Origin: a virus
Reading direction: 5' to 3' (one strand)
Length of the DNA stretch: 64,000 bases
Virus record (IMG/VR): IMGVR_UViG_3300028920_000047
Span: 42,582 to 106,581 of that record
Below the pieces are notes generated by a model, which saw only the letters and a program-made list of their open reading frames with translations, searched no databases and was not told where the DNA came from. A program made the position numbers and the translations under genes. The number at the start of each line of letters is the position of its first letter. Position 1 is the stretch's first letter. Positions 50,175-59,983 of the stretch are shown here, in pieces.

Positions 50175-51503
50175 ATGGCTATATCAGAATCAGATATTAT
50201 TTTAAATTGTTTAATATTATATAGAAGATTCAGAAATACTCTCGGTCCTCATATAACACCAGACTTATTTGAACAACCGATACATAAGGAATGTTTTAGA
50301 ATCATAAACAAATATAGTATAAAAAAAGATATCACATTAAAAATAGAGGATATAGATATAATAGTAAATGATTTAGAAAAAAATATTAAAAACAAAGAAC
50401 AAATTTACCGCCGTCTAAAATTCTTTTTAGAAAATGATGATATCCCCACTGAAGAAATAATAATGGAAAAAATTAAAAAAAGATTAAAAAATCTAAAAGC
50501 AGAGAATTTAATTTTGGATTTAGATGATGAATTAGAAAAGGATAAAAAAATAGATTATAATTATTATGCTGATAAATTAAATAATATAAACGATTTAGGT
50601 GAATTTCAATATATAGAAGTGTTTGGTTCAAATGTAAAACAAAATATGCAAGAAATTCGCCGTGATGAAAAAATTGAAAAAATACCTTTAGGCATCAAAG
50701 GTGTAGAACATTTTTTTAAAGGTGGAATCGCAGCAGGTGAATTACTTTTTGATATAGCACCTTCAGGTTATGGAAAAACTGCTCTATTAGCATCAAACAC
50801 TTGGGCCAGTTTAACAAAAGTTGATACATTAGTTATATCACTTGAATTAAAAGTATTTAAATTATTAGCCAGGATATACCGGCGTATATTAGGTTTTGAT
50901 AATAACCAATTATTAGATGATAATGATAGCACTACTTTATTAACTAAATTTTTTAATAGAGCCGGTAATGAATTAGTATTAACATATTTTAAACCAGATA
51001 CATTAACTCCTCCAATGATAAGTAATTATATAGATTATTTATACAATTATAAAGGTATAAAAATAAAAAGTTTAAAACTTGATTATTTTGATAAACTACA
51101 GCTACCGATTATAAAATATAGAACAATGCCTCATACACAATTACTCAGGGTTTTAGCTGATAATTTACGCAATGTTCTAATTGAAAAACAAATAGCGGGC
51201 GAAACCGCTTCTCAAACTAATAAAAAGGCTACAGAGGTAGAACATATAACTGAAAAATATTTCGGTGAAGCTTATGCTAAATATCAAGTAGCTGATTTAA
51301 GCATGTCGCTAAATAGAACTGAATTGGAACAAGCTACTAATTGGGGCAGGTTGAGAATAATAAAAAACAGGGAAGGAGCTGGTAAAGGTCAGGAAATACC
51401 AGTTATAGTTGATTTAGATAAAATGATTATTACTGATAAACCATTATTATTTGGTCCAGATTTTATTAGTCCGGAAAAACCGGAAGAAGACGAGGAGGAA
51501 TAA
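50175..51503 (+). CDS. Replicative DnaB/gp41-like helicase
   Basis: GGIAAGEL..APSGYGKT, ISLE, LDY.D, TASQTN, KNREG. Confidence 0.88.
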   Translation: MAISESDIILNCLILYRRFRNTLGPHITPDLFEQPIHKECFRIINKYSIKKDITLKIEDIDIIVNDLEKNIKNKEQIYRRLKFFLENDDIPTEEIIMEKIKKRLKNLKAENLILDLDDELEKDKKIDYNYYADKLNNINDLGEFQYIEVFGSNVKQNMQEIRRDEKIEKIPLGIKGVEHFFKGGIAAGELLFDIAPSGYGKTALLASNTWASLTKVDTLVISLELKVFKLLARIYRRILGFDNNQLLDDNDSTTLLTKFFNRAGNELVLTYFKPDTLTPPMISNYIDYLYNYKGIKIKSLKLDYFDKLQLPIIKYRTMPHTQLLRVLADNLRNVLIEKQIAGETASQTNKKATEVEHITEKYFGEAYAKYQVADLSMSLNRTELEQATNWGRLRIIKNREGAGKGQEIPVIVDLDKMIITDKPLLFGPDFISPEKPEEDEEE

Positions 51504-51505
51504 AA

Positions 51506-52351
51506 ATGTCACAAGGAAAAAGTAAGGGTAAAACAAAGAAAGAATTACAGAAGGTAATAGACCAATTAAAAATCGATATTAAAAACCGGATTACAAAATT
51601 AAAAGTGGATAAAGAAAATGAAATCATTATCTTAAAGTTCAAACCGGAGGATTTTAACCAGTCCTTAATTTTTACCTTAAAACCTATTATTATGGGATTA
51701 CAAAAAGAAGGTTATCGAGCTCATATAATTCCAGAAAGAATAAAATTGGGATTCGCTTCCGAAAACCAAATTTTAACAACTTTAAACAGACATTTAAAAA
51801 TGATTAAAACCGGAAAACGCCCTGAAGAAATAAAATTCAACTTTGACAAAGACGATATAACTTTTAACCCAGAAAATTTTCAGTTTCAAGAAAATACTAA
51901 TACTGAGCATTATGTTAGATATAAGAACGCAATGAATTATTATATTTATCACTATCCAAAAGAAAATGTTTATGTTGTTCAAAAAAACCGCACTCCAGGT
52001 ACAGATGTTATTTATAACGGAAAAATCCCTACCAATGAATTTGCTGTTGAATTATTTTCTTATTTAGGTATTGTTAAAAAGTTCTATAATCCGGAAGCTG
52101 AACAGCAAATTAGAAATATAGTCAACTTTTATCAGGTTCAATCTGAAACATTAGAAGACGATATTCAAACAATATTGGGTCAAATTGAAGATTTTAAAAA
52201 TAAGGGTACTATAATGACAAAAGATGGAATTGCTAATTTAACTCAATTATATTTTAAAGTAGGTAAATATAATGGAAAAGGAACAGATAAGAAAAAGCAT
52301 GTTGAAAATGGTAGTAAAGAAGTTAAAGAAAATAAAGTTCAACAAAAGTGA
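51506..52351 (+). CDS. Hypothetical protein
   Basis: GAGGAGG RBS; N-terminal part resembles 52272..52586. Confidence 0.6.
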   Translation: MSQGKSKGKTKKELQKVIDQLKIDIKNRITKLKVDKENEIIILKFKPEDFNQSLIFTLKPIIMGLQKEGYRAHIIPERIKLGFASENQILTTLNRHLKMIKTGKRPEEIKFNFDKDDITFNPENFQFQENTNTEHYVRYKNAMNYYIYHYPKENVYVVQKNRTPGTDVIYNGKIPTNEFAVELFSYLGIVKKFYNPEAEQQIRNIVNFYQVQSETLEDDIQTILGQIEDFKNKGTIMTKDGIANLTQLYFKVGKYNGKGTDKKKHVENGSKEVKENKVQQK

Positions 52352-52586
52352 AGATTTTCTAATACTATTTATACCGGAACATTTATATAGTGGAAAAATG
52401 TGGTTTTTTCTCGAACCAGTAATTAAAAATCTGCAGCAAGAAAAAATTAACTTTGTAATATTACCAAACTACGTAACAGTACAAAAAGATGCAAAGGATA
52501 AATTATTAGAAAGTTTATACGCAATTATAAAAGAAATAAAAGATGCCCCAAACGAAACTAAGGTAAATATCAACAAAACCGGGTAA
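52272..52586 (+). CDS. Hypothetical protein, probable paralogue of the N-terminus of 51506..52351
   Basis: KIKFNKSEDFLILF..F.LEPVI..LQQE vs KLKVDKENEIIILK..F.LKPII..LQKE. Confidence 0.55.
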   Translation: MEKEQIRKSMLKMVVKKLKKIKFNKSEDFLILFIPEHLYSGKMWFFLEPVIKNLQQEKINFVILPNYVTVQKDAKDKLLESLYAIIKEIKDAPNETKVNINKTG

Positions 52587-52593
52587 AATCCTT

Positions 52594-52672
52594 TGAAATA
52601 TGCGATTTACAAAGAGATTTGAAGTATATATGTGGTTTGGTGTAAATAGCAGTATAAAATCGCTTAAATCGA
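52594..52672 (+). repeat. 79-bp dispersed intergenic element, copy 1
   Basis: TGAAATATGCGATTTACAAAGAGATTTGA...CGCTTAAATCGA, same ends and length as 57077..57155. Confidence 0.85.
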
Positions 52673-52690
52673 AGATTTTAAGGTGATTAT

Positions 52691-52855
52691 ATGAGTAAAG
52701 AACCAGTAATTATAGATATAAATGATTTTGAACCTAATGTTTGGAATTTATGTTTAATTGATAAATCTCCGATTTTAATTTGGCACAATTGTAATATGGT
52801 AAAAGTGAAAAAAATATCATGGTTTAAATTTTTGGTTGAGATATTATTTAAATAA
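52691..52855 (+). CDS. 54-aa hypothetical protein (not in ORF track)
   Basis: AAGGTG RBS, MSKEPVIIDIN... Confidence 0.5.
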   Translation: MSKEPVIIDINDFEPNVWNLCLIDKSPILIWHNCNMVKVKKISWFKFLVEILFK

Positions 52856-52869
52856 GGAGGTGTAATATA

Positions 52870-53049
52870 ATGGATAAAAAAAAAGAAAATGTAAATTCAT
52901 TAGTAAATGAGATTAATAAAACATTTTCAACTTTTTACACTGAAGCTAAAAGCTCAACAAAAGCTGGTCAGCGGAGAGCAAGAAAATTTTCTATGATTTT
53001 AAGAAAGCAATTAAAACAATTTCGAGCCGATTCGGCAACAGCTTATTAA
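52870..53049 (+). CDS. Small Hc1/histone H1-like nucleoid protein (not in ORF track)
   Basis: 59 aa; TKAGQRRARKFSMILRKQLKQFRADS resembles the KAAG.RARK.S..L.K.LK.FR..S family motif; AAGGAGG RBS; terminator follows. Confidence 0.7.
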   Translation: MDKKKENVNSLVNEINKTFSTFYTEAKSSTKAGQRRARKFSMILRKQLKQFRADSATAY

Positions 53050-53057
53050 AAATTGTA

Positions 53058-53094
53058 TAATAATATCCCCGTTTAATTAAGCGGGGATATTATT
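53058..53094 (+). terminator. Hairpin, probable intrinsic terminator
   Basis: AATAATATCCCCG-N10-CGGGGATATTATT. Confidence 0.65.
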
Positions 53095-53314
53095 TATTAA
53101 AAACAATGAAAAATAATAAAAAAGAAAAAAATTTATATAGATGTTGTGAGTGTAAAAATTTTTTTAAATTTGATGAAGTTTATATATATGAAGGAATTTT
53201 AGTATTTGATAAAGGAAAAAGTAAAAAACTTCCGGACAGAAATTGCGTTTGCAAAAATTGTTTGCCTACTTTTCTCACTAAATTACCAGATAGACATAAA
53301 AAGAAGCGATTCTA

Positions 53315-54229
53315 ATGTGGATAGATGAAATAAAAGCTATATATGAAACAAAACAGAACAAGGATGAGTTGTTTATTAGGATTTGTCCTAACTGCGGTAA
53401 TACCCGTTGGAATTTTCAAATCAATATTACAAAACAGATTGTACATTGTTGGAACTGTAAATATGGTGGCAGTTTATATAAATTTGTAAACGATTTTAAC
53501 CTAAATTTAGATATACCTAAAATCCCTTATGTACCTACCCCATCAGAAATAAAAATCCAGGAACATAAGTTAAACCTACCAAAAAATTCATATCCTATTT
53601 TGACCAGAAATTCCTATTATGTAGAAAAAGCTATAAATTATTTAAAAGATAGAAAAATTACAAAAGCTGATATTCTTAAATTTAATATTATGTTAACTGA
53701 AGATATAAAATATTTTGGTCGTATTATATTTCCATTTTATAAAAATGGTGAACTTATATTTTTTACTGCCCGTGATTTTTTCAATACCAGTTATTTACCT
53801 TATCTAACCCCAAAAGGGATATCAAAAGGTATATTACCTTTTATCCAGGGTAATGATACACTTACTATAACAGAGGGTATTATTGACACTATAAAAATAT
53901 ATAACGCTTTTAAACATACTGTTTTACCCTTACTTGGTAAAGAGCTTATAAATGAACAATTTCAAGAACTAATAAAATATAGTTTCAATAAAGTATATAT
54001 ATGTTTAGACCCGGATGTTAAATTAAAAGAATTGTATAATTTGCAAAAAAAATTAAGCAAATATTTTATAACGGAAGTAATATTATTAAAATATAAAGAT
54101 GCTGGTGAACATAACATTGATGAATTGCAAAAATCTTTTAAGCAGTCTAAACCTATTCAAGAAATAAAACAATTGTTAAAAAAAAATCGGAATCACAGAT
54201 TGATTAGAGATGTTATAAAAAAATGGTAA
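53315..54229 (+). CDS. DnaG-type DNA primase
   Basis: CPNC..HCWNC zinc domain, YL.DR.I, RIIFP, TOPRIM TEG..D, LGK, CLDPD, DAG. Confidence 0.9.
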   Translation: MWIDEIKAIYETKQNKDELFIRICPNCGNTRWNFQINITKQIVHCWNCKYGGSLYKFVNDFNLNLDIPKIPYVPTPSEIKIQEHKLNLPKNSYPILTRNSYYVEKAINYLKDRKITKADILKFNIMLTEDIKYFGRIIFPFYKNGELIFFTARDFFNTSYLPYLTPKGISKGILPFIQGNDTLTITEGIIDTIKIYNAFKHTVLPLLGKELINEQFQELIKYSFNKVYICLDPDVKLKELYNLQKKLSKYFITEVILLKYKDAGEHNIDELQKSFKQSKPIQEIKQLLKKNRNHRLIRDVIKKW

Positions 54230-55977
54230 TAATAAAAAAAGGTTTAAGCTTTAGTCAAATTATACAAGCTAATATAAGAGAAATACAACAAATAAAAAAA
54301 ATTTTGTCCTTTTATCCTCACAATTATCAATATATAGATAAATTTAAACAGGGGCTATGGGATGGTAAAATAAATTTAATTAATTGGAAAAATAAAACAT
54401 TTCCTGCAGGATTGACCTACCTGGTTAAAAAACACATGCCTGAAATTATGGTTCAGTATGATTATGAACAATTAGACTATAATCCAAACCCAAAATTATA
54501 TAAATCGTTAAAAAAGATTTTAAAGGGAAATAGAGATGAATTTACAAAATACTTTCCACCAGAAAAAAATATAAAACTTGAACAAATACGTTATCAATTA
54601 AAAGCGTTTAAAGTGGCTTGTAACCGCCAACAAGGTTTATTTTCATTAGCCACAAATGCTGGTAAAACATTTATAGAAGCAATTATAGCCCAGGCTTTTA
54701 AACATCACAAATGCATAATTTTTGTAAGACGAGTAGATTTATTTAACCAGTTATATGAAGATTTTAGTCGATTACTTAATATTAAAATTGGTAAAATATG
54801 TTCACATTCTAAAATTGATTTAGATTCAAATATTGTCTTAGCTATGGTACCCACTTTGATAAAAAGAGTTATCACTCAGGAGGATATAGCTAATTATTAT
54901 GAAAATACCAAAGTTATTATTTCTGACGAATGCCATCATTCGTTGGCAAAAAACGAAACAAATCTTATTCAAAATAGTAACGCTTTTGTTAAACTTGGTT
55001 TTTCTGGAACTATTTCGACAATAACCAATATACAAAATACAGGATATGAGGATGGAATAAAATTAAGAGGTATATTTGGTCCAGTATTGATGACTGTGCG
55101 TAACAAAAAATTAATAAAAGCCGGCATTTCGGCAACACCAAAAGTTCACCTTATTGAATTTGAACATAAGCCTGATAATTTATATTATCAGGTCTATGGT
55201 AGTATTAAATATGATACCAAAAACTATACCAATTTTATATATAGGAAAATAAATTATAATATATATAATATGGTATATAAATATTTAACAATAGAAAAAA
55301 AAGATGAAAAAAATATTTATAAAGAGGAATTGGAAAAAAAATTACCTAAGGATAAAAAATATGAAACAAGAGTAATTCTAAAAATATTATGTAATCTTCT
55401 TAACGAGCATGATGTTGAAGATTTAAGTTTTAGCCAGGAACAGATATTGGAAACCTGTGAACAATATTTTCACAGAAGTGTTGGCGCCAGGATATTTAAT
55501 TTAACTAAACAAATTAAAGTTGTAAATAATACGAGTCGAAATAAAATCATAAAACAGTATGTGAATAAATGTAAAGGACAAACTTTAATAATAGTTGATG
55601 ATGTAAAACTTGGACACGGTACTAAACTTGAAAAACTTATAAATAATAGTAAATTTATTTGTGGACAGACTAAGTTAAAAGAACGGGATAATATTATAAA
55701 GGAATTTAAAAATAAAGATTTAGGAACGTTAATAACTTCTTCTATATTTGATGAAGGTATGGATGTACCAAATATTCATAATTTATTTTTAGTCAGTATA
55801 TCCAAAAAAGACCGGCTGATTTTACAAAGAATTGGTCGCGGGTTAAGGGAAAAAATGCTTAGAAATATTTTAAATATATATAGTTTTATTGACTTCGGAG
55901 ATAAAATTTTACTACAAACATCCAAACAACTTTTTAAGATTTATCGTAACGAAGGATTCGATATATATTATGAATGA
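54223..55977 (+). CDS. SF2 helicase (UvsW-like)
   Basis: WDGKI, RYQ, ATNAGKT, DECHH, GFSGT, EGMDVP, QRIGRGLR. Confidence 0.88.
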   Translation: MVIIKKGLSFSQIIQANIREIQQIKKILSFYPHNYQYIDKFKQGLWDGKINLINWKNKTFPAGLTYLVKKHMPEIMVQYDYEQLDYNPNPKLYKSLKKILKGNRDEFTKYFPPEKNIKLEQIRYQLKAFKVACNRQQGLFSLATNAGKTFIEAIIAQAFKHHKCIIFVRRVDLFNQLYEDFSRLLNIKIGKICSHSKIDLDSNIVLAMVPTLIKRVITQEDIANYYENTKVIISDECHHSLAKNETNLIQNSNAFVKLGFSGTISTITNIQNTGYEDGIKLRGIFGPVLMTVRNKKLIKAGISATPKVHLIEFEHKPDNLYYQVYGSIKYDTKNYTNFIYRKINYNIYNMVYKYLTIEKKDEKNIYKEELEKKLPKDKKYETRVILKILCNLLNEHDVEDLSFSQEQILETCEQYFHRSVGARIFNLTKQIKVVNNTSRNKIIKQYVNKCKGQTLIIVDDVKLGHGTKLEKLINNSKFICGQTKLKERDNIIKEFKNKDLGTLITSSIFDEGMDVPNIHNLFLVSISKKDRLILQRIGRGLREKMLRNILNIYSFIDFGDKILLQTSKQLFKIYRNEGFDIYYE

Positions 55978-56012
55978 ACTTAAATTATTAAAAACAAAAT
56001 TCAAAAAAATCG

Positions 56013-56040
56013 TTGATTTTTTTTTAAATTGATATATAAT
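56013..56040 (+). promoter_or_regulatory. Sigma70-like early promoter
   Basis: CG-TTGATT-N16-TATAAT preceded by an A-tract; same layout as 58175..58202. Confidence 0.6.
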
Positions 56041-56136
56041 ATATATTAGAATGAAAAAAACAAAAACAAAAACACAAAGGTTAAATACCTACCTAAATAC
56101 AAATCATACTGGATATATAAAGGGGGAGGTAGGTTT

Positions 56137-56397
56137 ATGAAAGTAGGTAAAGTCGGTGAAATATTTCCAAAAGAAATTGAATTTGTATATTATTGTGGTT
56201 CTATTTCTATAATTATACATAATTTAAAAACATTCGGCGGAATGGTTGCCGCAAAATATCATCTCGGTATTTTCTCAAATATTAATCAAGCAGTAAAAAT
56301 GGTTAAGAAAGAATTTGAAAAATCAACAAGTAAACCTCATTTTAATCACAAAAAATTAAAAATGTTTAAAACCAGATGGAATGATAAATTATATTAA
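56137..56397 (+). CDS. Hypothetical protein
   Basis: GGAGG RBS downstream of promoter. Confidence 0.55.
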   Translation: MKVGKVGEIFPKEIEFVYYCGSISIIIHNLKTFGGMVAAKYHLGIFSNINQAVKMVKKEFEKSTSKPHFNHKKLKMFKTRWNDKLY

Positions 56398-56418
56398 AAT
56401 AAAAAGGAGATAAATAAT

Positions 56419-56763
56419 ATGAGAATGTGGATGGTAAATCCAAAAATAATGTGTAAGAATCATCTATTAGGTGAACATCGGGAGTTACATATGTTAGTAG
56501 GTTCTATAAATAAAAAAATAAATCTACAAGGATATGTTGACAATAATTGCCTGGAAACAAAAGCGATTAGAAAACGTCATAAAGAATTAATAAAGGAAAT
56601 GAAAAGACGTGGCTGGAACCATTATAGCCCTCTTCCAAAATTTAATATTCAATATCTTTCCAAACATATTAAAAACGCTAAAGTAGATAAACATAAAAGT
56701 CTAACCGAACTTTGTAATCGCTGTTCAATATGTAAAAAAAACTTTATAAAAGCAAAGGTGTAA
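56419..56763 (+). CDS. Pyrimidine-dimer DNA glycosylase / endonuclease V-like
   Basis: MRMW.V.P..HLLGEHRELH..RH..L..EM.RRG..H.SPL. Confidence 0.75.
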   Translation: MRMWMVNPKIMCKNHLLGEHRELHMLVGSINKKINLQGYVDNNCLETKAIRKRHKELIKEMKRRGWNHYSPLPKFNIQYLSKHIKNAKVDKHKSLTELCNRCSICKKNFIKAKV

Positions 56764-56767
56764 AAAA

Positions 56768-57064
56768 ATGAAAGAACAATTTCGATATAAAACATTTGGT
56801 AAAAAAGGAGGTGAAAAAGAAATGCCATACGATGCAGAAAAAGACGAACTATTAAAATCATGGGAACAAGATAAAAGCCGCGGCTCCATTTTTCTTGGTG
56901 TATACCAGTATGATGGTGGACAAAAGAAATTATCTATTTTACGACATGATGAAAAATATTCAACACCTGAAATTAAAATTAAAAGAAAAGCAGGAAGGTT
57001 AACATTAGACGAAGTAGAATTTATCTTATCAAAAGGTAAAGAAATTAAAACAGCATTAAAATAA
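56768..57064 (+). CDS. Hypothetical phage protein
   Basis: VYQYDGG..KL.I.R..KAGRLT.DE. Confidence 0.55.
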   Translation: MKEQFRYKTFGKKGGEKEMPYDAEKDELLKSWEQDKSRGSIFLGVYQYDGGQKKLSILRHDEKYSTPEIKIKRKAGRLTLDEVEFILSKGKEIKTALK

Positions 57065-57076
57065 TTCATAAACCGC

Positions 57077-57155
57077 TGAAATATGCGATTTACAAAGAGA
57101 TTTGATACTAAATATAAGTTTAGTATAAGTAGCGGCGTAAAACCGCTTAAATCGA
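57077..57155 (+). repeat. 79-bp dispersed intergenic element, copy 2
   Basis: First 29 nt and last 12 nt identical to 52594..52672. Confidence 0.85.
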
Positions 57156-57174
57156 GAATTTAGGAGGTGAAAAT

Positions 57175-57516
57175 ATGGTAAAAACAGGAATTGAACTGAT
57201 TACTGAGGAACGAAGGCGGCAAATTGAAGAAGAGGGTTATATTCCGGAAAATGATATAAAGCTTAATAAAAATAATGAACTTACTTATACAGCTATTTAT
57301 TTTATTCACCCCAATAAACGGATAGCAAAAAAATTTTATCCAAAACAATGGAACAAAATTTGGGCAAAGAAGGATAAACATGATAGGATTAAACAATTAA
57401 AAATCGCTGGTGCTTTAATAGCTGCGGAAATTGATAGATTAAACAAGTTACAAATTACTGATGTTTTAAAAAAGTCTAAAAAATCTTTTAATTTAAGGTT
57501 TAAAAATATGATATAA
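57175..57516 (+). CDS. Conserved phage protein
   Basis: LI.EER.RQI.EEG..D..L..AGALIAAEIDRL motif; AGGAGG RBS. Confidence 0.7.
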   Translation: MVKTGIELITEERRRQIEEEGYIPENDIKLNKNNELTYTAIYFIHPNKRIAKKFYPKQWNKIWAKKDKHDRIKQLKIAGALIAAEIDRLNKLQITDVLKKSKKSFNLRFKNMI

Positions 57517-57551
57517 TATTTATAAAACAAAATTTTTAAGGAGGGAATTAT

Positions 57552-58154
57552 TTGAAAATTATAATAATGGTAAAAAAGAATTTGAATATTATATCAAAAA
57601 GAAGTCCAAAAATATTAGCGGCAGAAATTATTGAGAAATGGCGACTTCTGATGTGGAAAATTGCTCATCGCTATTCTATAACCACAAAAATTAGTCCAGA
57701 AGATTTATTTCAGTTTTATTCATTACTGGTCTGTCGGTTTTGTAATGAGTATTTCTTATGTAAAAAAAGTAAACTTGAAAATTTTTTAAAAAAAGTAATG
57801 ACAAACCAATCTAATTCTTTGTATTATAAATATAAAGAAGAGAATACAGTGCTCGATATTAATGGAGTTGAACAAATTGCTAAATTTTCAATAGACGATA
57901 TGGAAATTGAAATTCCATATTATGAATTTAAAAATATTTATAGCCGGTTATGGTTTGATGAAATATATCAATCTTTAACTGGAATTGAAAAACGAATTAT
58001 GGATGTTCATTTACAATATGGGTATTTACCAATAAAGGAAATTATTAGATTGATTCCTTCTAAGATGGCAGGAAAAACCCACATTAGTAAAGATTGTTAT
58101 TATAAATACAAATGTCAATTAAAGAAAAAATTTGCTGAATTTTTATCAGCTTGA
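57552..58154 (+). CDS. Sigma-factor-like protein (putative)
   Basis: LMWKIAHRY..EDLFQ (region 2-like) and SLTGIEKRI (region 4-like). Confidence 0.5.
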   Translation: MKIIIMVKKNLNIISKRSPKILAAEIIEKWRLLMWKIAHRYSITTKISPEDLFQFYSLLVCRFCNEYFLCKKSKLENFLKKVMTNQSNSLYYKYKEENTVLDINGVEQIAKFSIDDMEIEIPYYEFKNIYSRLWFDEIYQSLTGIEKRIMDVHLQYGYLPIKEIIRLIPSKMAGKTHISKDCYYKYKCQLKKKFAEFLSA

Positions 58155-58174
58155 CAAATTTTTTCAGAAAAACG

Positions 58175-58202
58175 TTGATTTATTTTAAAAGTATGGTATA
58201 AT
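58175..58202 (+). promoter_or_regulatory. Sigma70-like promoter with extended -10
   Basis: CG-TTGATT-N16-TATAAT with TGn; AAGGAGG follows. Confidence 0.65.
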
Positions 58203-58224
58203 AATATTAAAAGGAGGTGAGACA

Positions 58225-58773
58225 ATGAAAGAATTGGTAAGAGAGATTGCCAAAGCTGGTAAATTAAAAGTTCTTCAGCACACCCGAGCTGCAGAAATGC
58301 AACATATAATGTTACATAGAGAAAACGATTGTTTCGGACTCGGATTTAAAGAGACACGTCCTGATTGTAACGAATGTGATTTACCAGTAGAATTTAATGG
58401 TAAATCGACAACTTGTGCTAAAGTTTGTGAATTAGTTACAAAGGAAATTTATGAATCAGCTGGTAAAAAACCATCAACGGAAATTGGTAAAAAGAAGAAA
58501 CAACCTATTAACTCCGGTAAAAAGAAGAAACAACCTATTAACTCCGGTAAAAAGAAGAAACAACCTATTAACTCTGGTAAAAAGAAGAAACAACCTATTA
58601 ACTCTGGTAAAAGCAAGAAAGGGTATCCCAGACCTGGGTCAAAATCTGCTGAAATATGGGCGGAGTTTGATGCGGGCAATTTTAATAAGACAAAAATTGC
58701 TGCAAAGCTGGACGCGAATCCAAACACAATTTCTACTCAATTATATAAGTGGAAAAAATGTAATGAACAATAG
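58225..58773 (+). CDS. Basic DNA-binding protein (Cys cluster, Lys-rich repeats, C-terminal HTH)
   Basis: CFG..C..C..C..C; (GKKKKQPINS)4; KIAAKLDANPNTISTQL. Confidence 0.7.
   Translation: MKELVREIAKAGKLKVLQHTRAAEMQHIMLHRENDCFGLGFKETRPDCNECDLPVEFNGKSTTCAKVCELVTKEIYESAGKKPSTEIGKKKKQPINSGKKKKQPINSGKKKKQPINSGKKKKQPINSGKSKKGYPRPGSKSAEIWAEFDAGNFNKTKIAAKLDANPNTISTQLYKWKKCNEQ
58486..58612 (+). repeat. 30-bp tandem repeat x4
   Basis: GGTAAAAAGAAGAAACAACCTATTAACTCY. Confidence 0.92.
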
Positions 58774-58803
58774 TTTTAAAAAATTTTATAGGAGGTATGA
58801 AAA

Positions 58804-59106
58804 ATGCCAAAAAAAATTAGAAAAAAAGGTTCAAAAAAAAATTCTGCGGTGAAAAAAACCGCTGTTGAAGAAGCCGCTGCAAAAAAAACTCCGGTGAAAA
58901 AAACCGCTGCAAAAAAAACCGCTGCAAAAAAAACTGTTGGAAAATCAAAAACTAACGGTTCTGTAGCAAAATGTCAAAAGAAATTTAAACAATACAAAGA
59001 CCCTGATAAAATTGATGCAAAAAAAGTAGCGGAGAGTTTGAAGGTAAATATTAATACTGTGAGAACACAACTTTGGAAATATAGAAAATCCTTAAAAAAA
59101 GGATAA
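58804..59106 (+). CDS. Histone H1-like protein with C-terminal HTH
   Basis: KKTAAKKT repeats; KVAESLKVNINTVRTQLWKY paralogous to upstream gene. Confidence 0.7.
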   Translation: MPKKIRKKGSKKNSAVKKTAVEEAAAKKTPVKKTAAKKTAAKKTVGKSKTNGSVAKCQKKFKQYKDPDKIDAKKVAESLKVNINTVRTQLWKYRKSLKKG

Positions 59107-59131
59107 AAAAATTTCTCTTACCAGGAAAGTG

Positions 59132-59170
59132 AAAAAGGTCGTGGTTTTAAATAATCACGACCTTTTTTTT
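59132..59170. terminator. Bidirectional intrinsic terminator between convergent arms
   Basis: AAAAAGGTCGTGGTT-loop-AATCACGACCTTTTTTTT. Confidence 0.8.
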
Positions 59171-59562
59171 ATGGCTTTAATTAACTTTTCGTACCCTGTT
59201 ATATAATCTTGTTCGCTCGCCGTTAACGGCTCCAATCCCAATCTTTTTTTTATTGATTGCCAAACCCTTTCTATCTGGTCAGCGGCTACACCTGTTTCAT
59301 CGGATAGATTTTGAAAAAATGATTTATCTTCCTTTCCCCCCAAAGTATCCCGAATATAGGAGGCAATATTATCAGTTGTTGTTTCCCCCTCTTGTTCTAT
59401 CTTTAAATTTTTTTTCATTACACCAACAATAAATTGATATTTATCATTTCCAGACTTACCTTCTTTTTCAGCCTGTTTAGATAATTCATTCCACATTTCC
59501 TCTAAATCTGTTACACTTTTTCCTGTTCTTTTGGCAAACGATTTTATTAAGTTATTTGGCAT
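59155..59562 (-). CDS. Conserved large-phage protein with two internal repeats
   Basis: SFAKRTGKSVTDLEEMW..KY..IVG.MKK and NLSDETGVAADQIERVW..DY..LIK. Confidence 0.6.
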   Translation of the reverse strand: MPNNLIKSFAKRTGKSVTDLEEMWNELSKQAEKEGKSGNDKYQFIVGVMKKNLKIEQEGETTTDNIASYIRDTLGGKEDKSFFQNLSDETGVAADQIERVWQSIKKRLGLEPLTASEQDYITGYEKLIKAIKKRS

Positions 59563-59580
59563 TGATAACACACCTTCTTT

Positions 59581-59967
59581 TTAAATTAGGGTTTCATTTA
59601 CCCAAACAGACTCACGTTCTTCAAGTAATTGTTTAAATTCACTATCTGTCATTGTTGTTTCTATTCCTAAAATTTGCTGTTCTAAATGACGCATTACTTT
59701 TTGATTTGTTTGTTGAAGTTTTTTACAAATTTTAACATATTGTAAATTCTGTCTTATTTTTAATTTCTCACTGTCTGATTTCTCTTTTGGGGCTGTATAA
59801 ATAAGACGTTTATTATCAACCGTATGATATACTGTTCCCCGGGCTAAACATTGTTGCCAATCGTTGTCCTCAATTTCAATAAATGGTTCGGGAATTGTTT
59901 TATGAATTTTTTTATCATAAAAACCTATAATTTTTTTAGTTTTATCATCATAATGAACACATTTCAT
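59581..59967 (-). CDS. Tail-fibre assembly/chaperone-like protein
   Basis: HYD..IIGFY..IH..IP.P.IEI..W, directly downstream of a fibre gene. Confidence 0.6.
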   Translation of the reverse strand: MKCVHYDDKTKKIIGFYDKKIHKTIPEPFIEIEDNDWQQCLARGTVYHTVDNKRLIYTAPKEKSDSEKLKIRQNLQYVKICKKLQQTNQKVMRHLEQQILGIETTMTDSEFKQLLEERESVWVNETLI

Positions 59968-59983
59968 TTTTAAAAACCTCCTT

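Noticed and set aside
55170-55520. ~110-aa insertion in the SF2 helicase as an intein
   Set aside because: No N-terminal C/S block A or terminal HN; looks like a helical insertion
14267-59106. Stop-codon reassignment as in some large phages
   Set aside because: Conserved genes are full length in the standard code, and TAA, TGA and TAG all end genes
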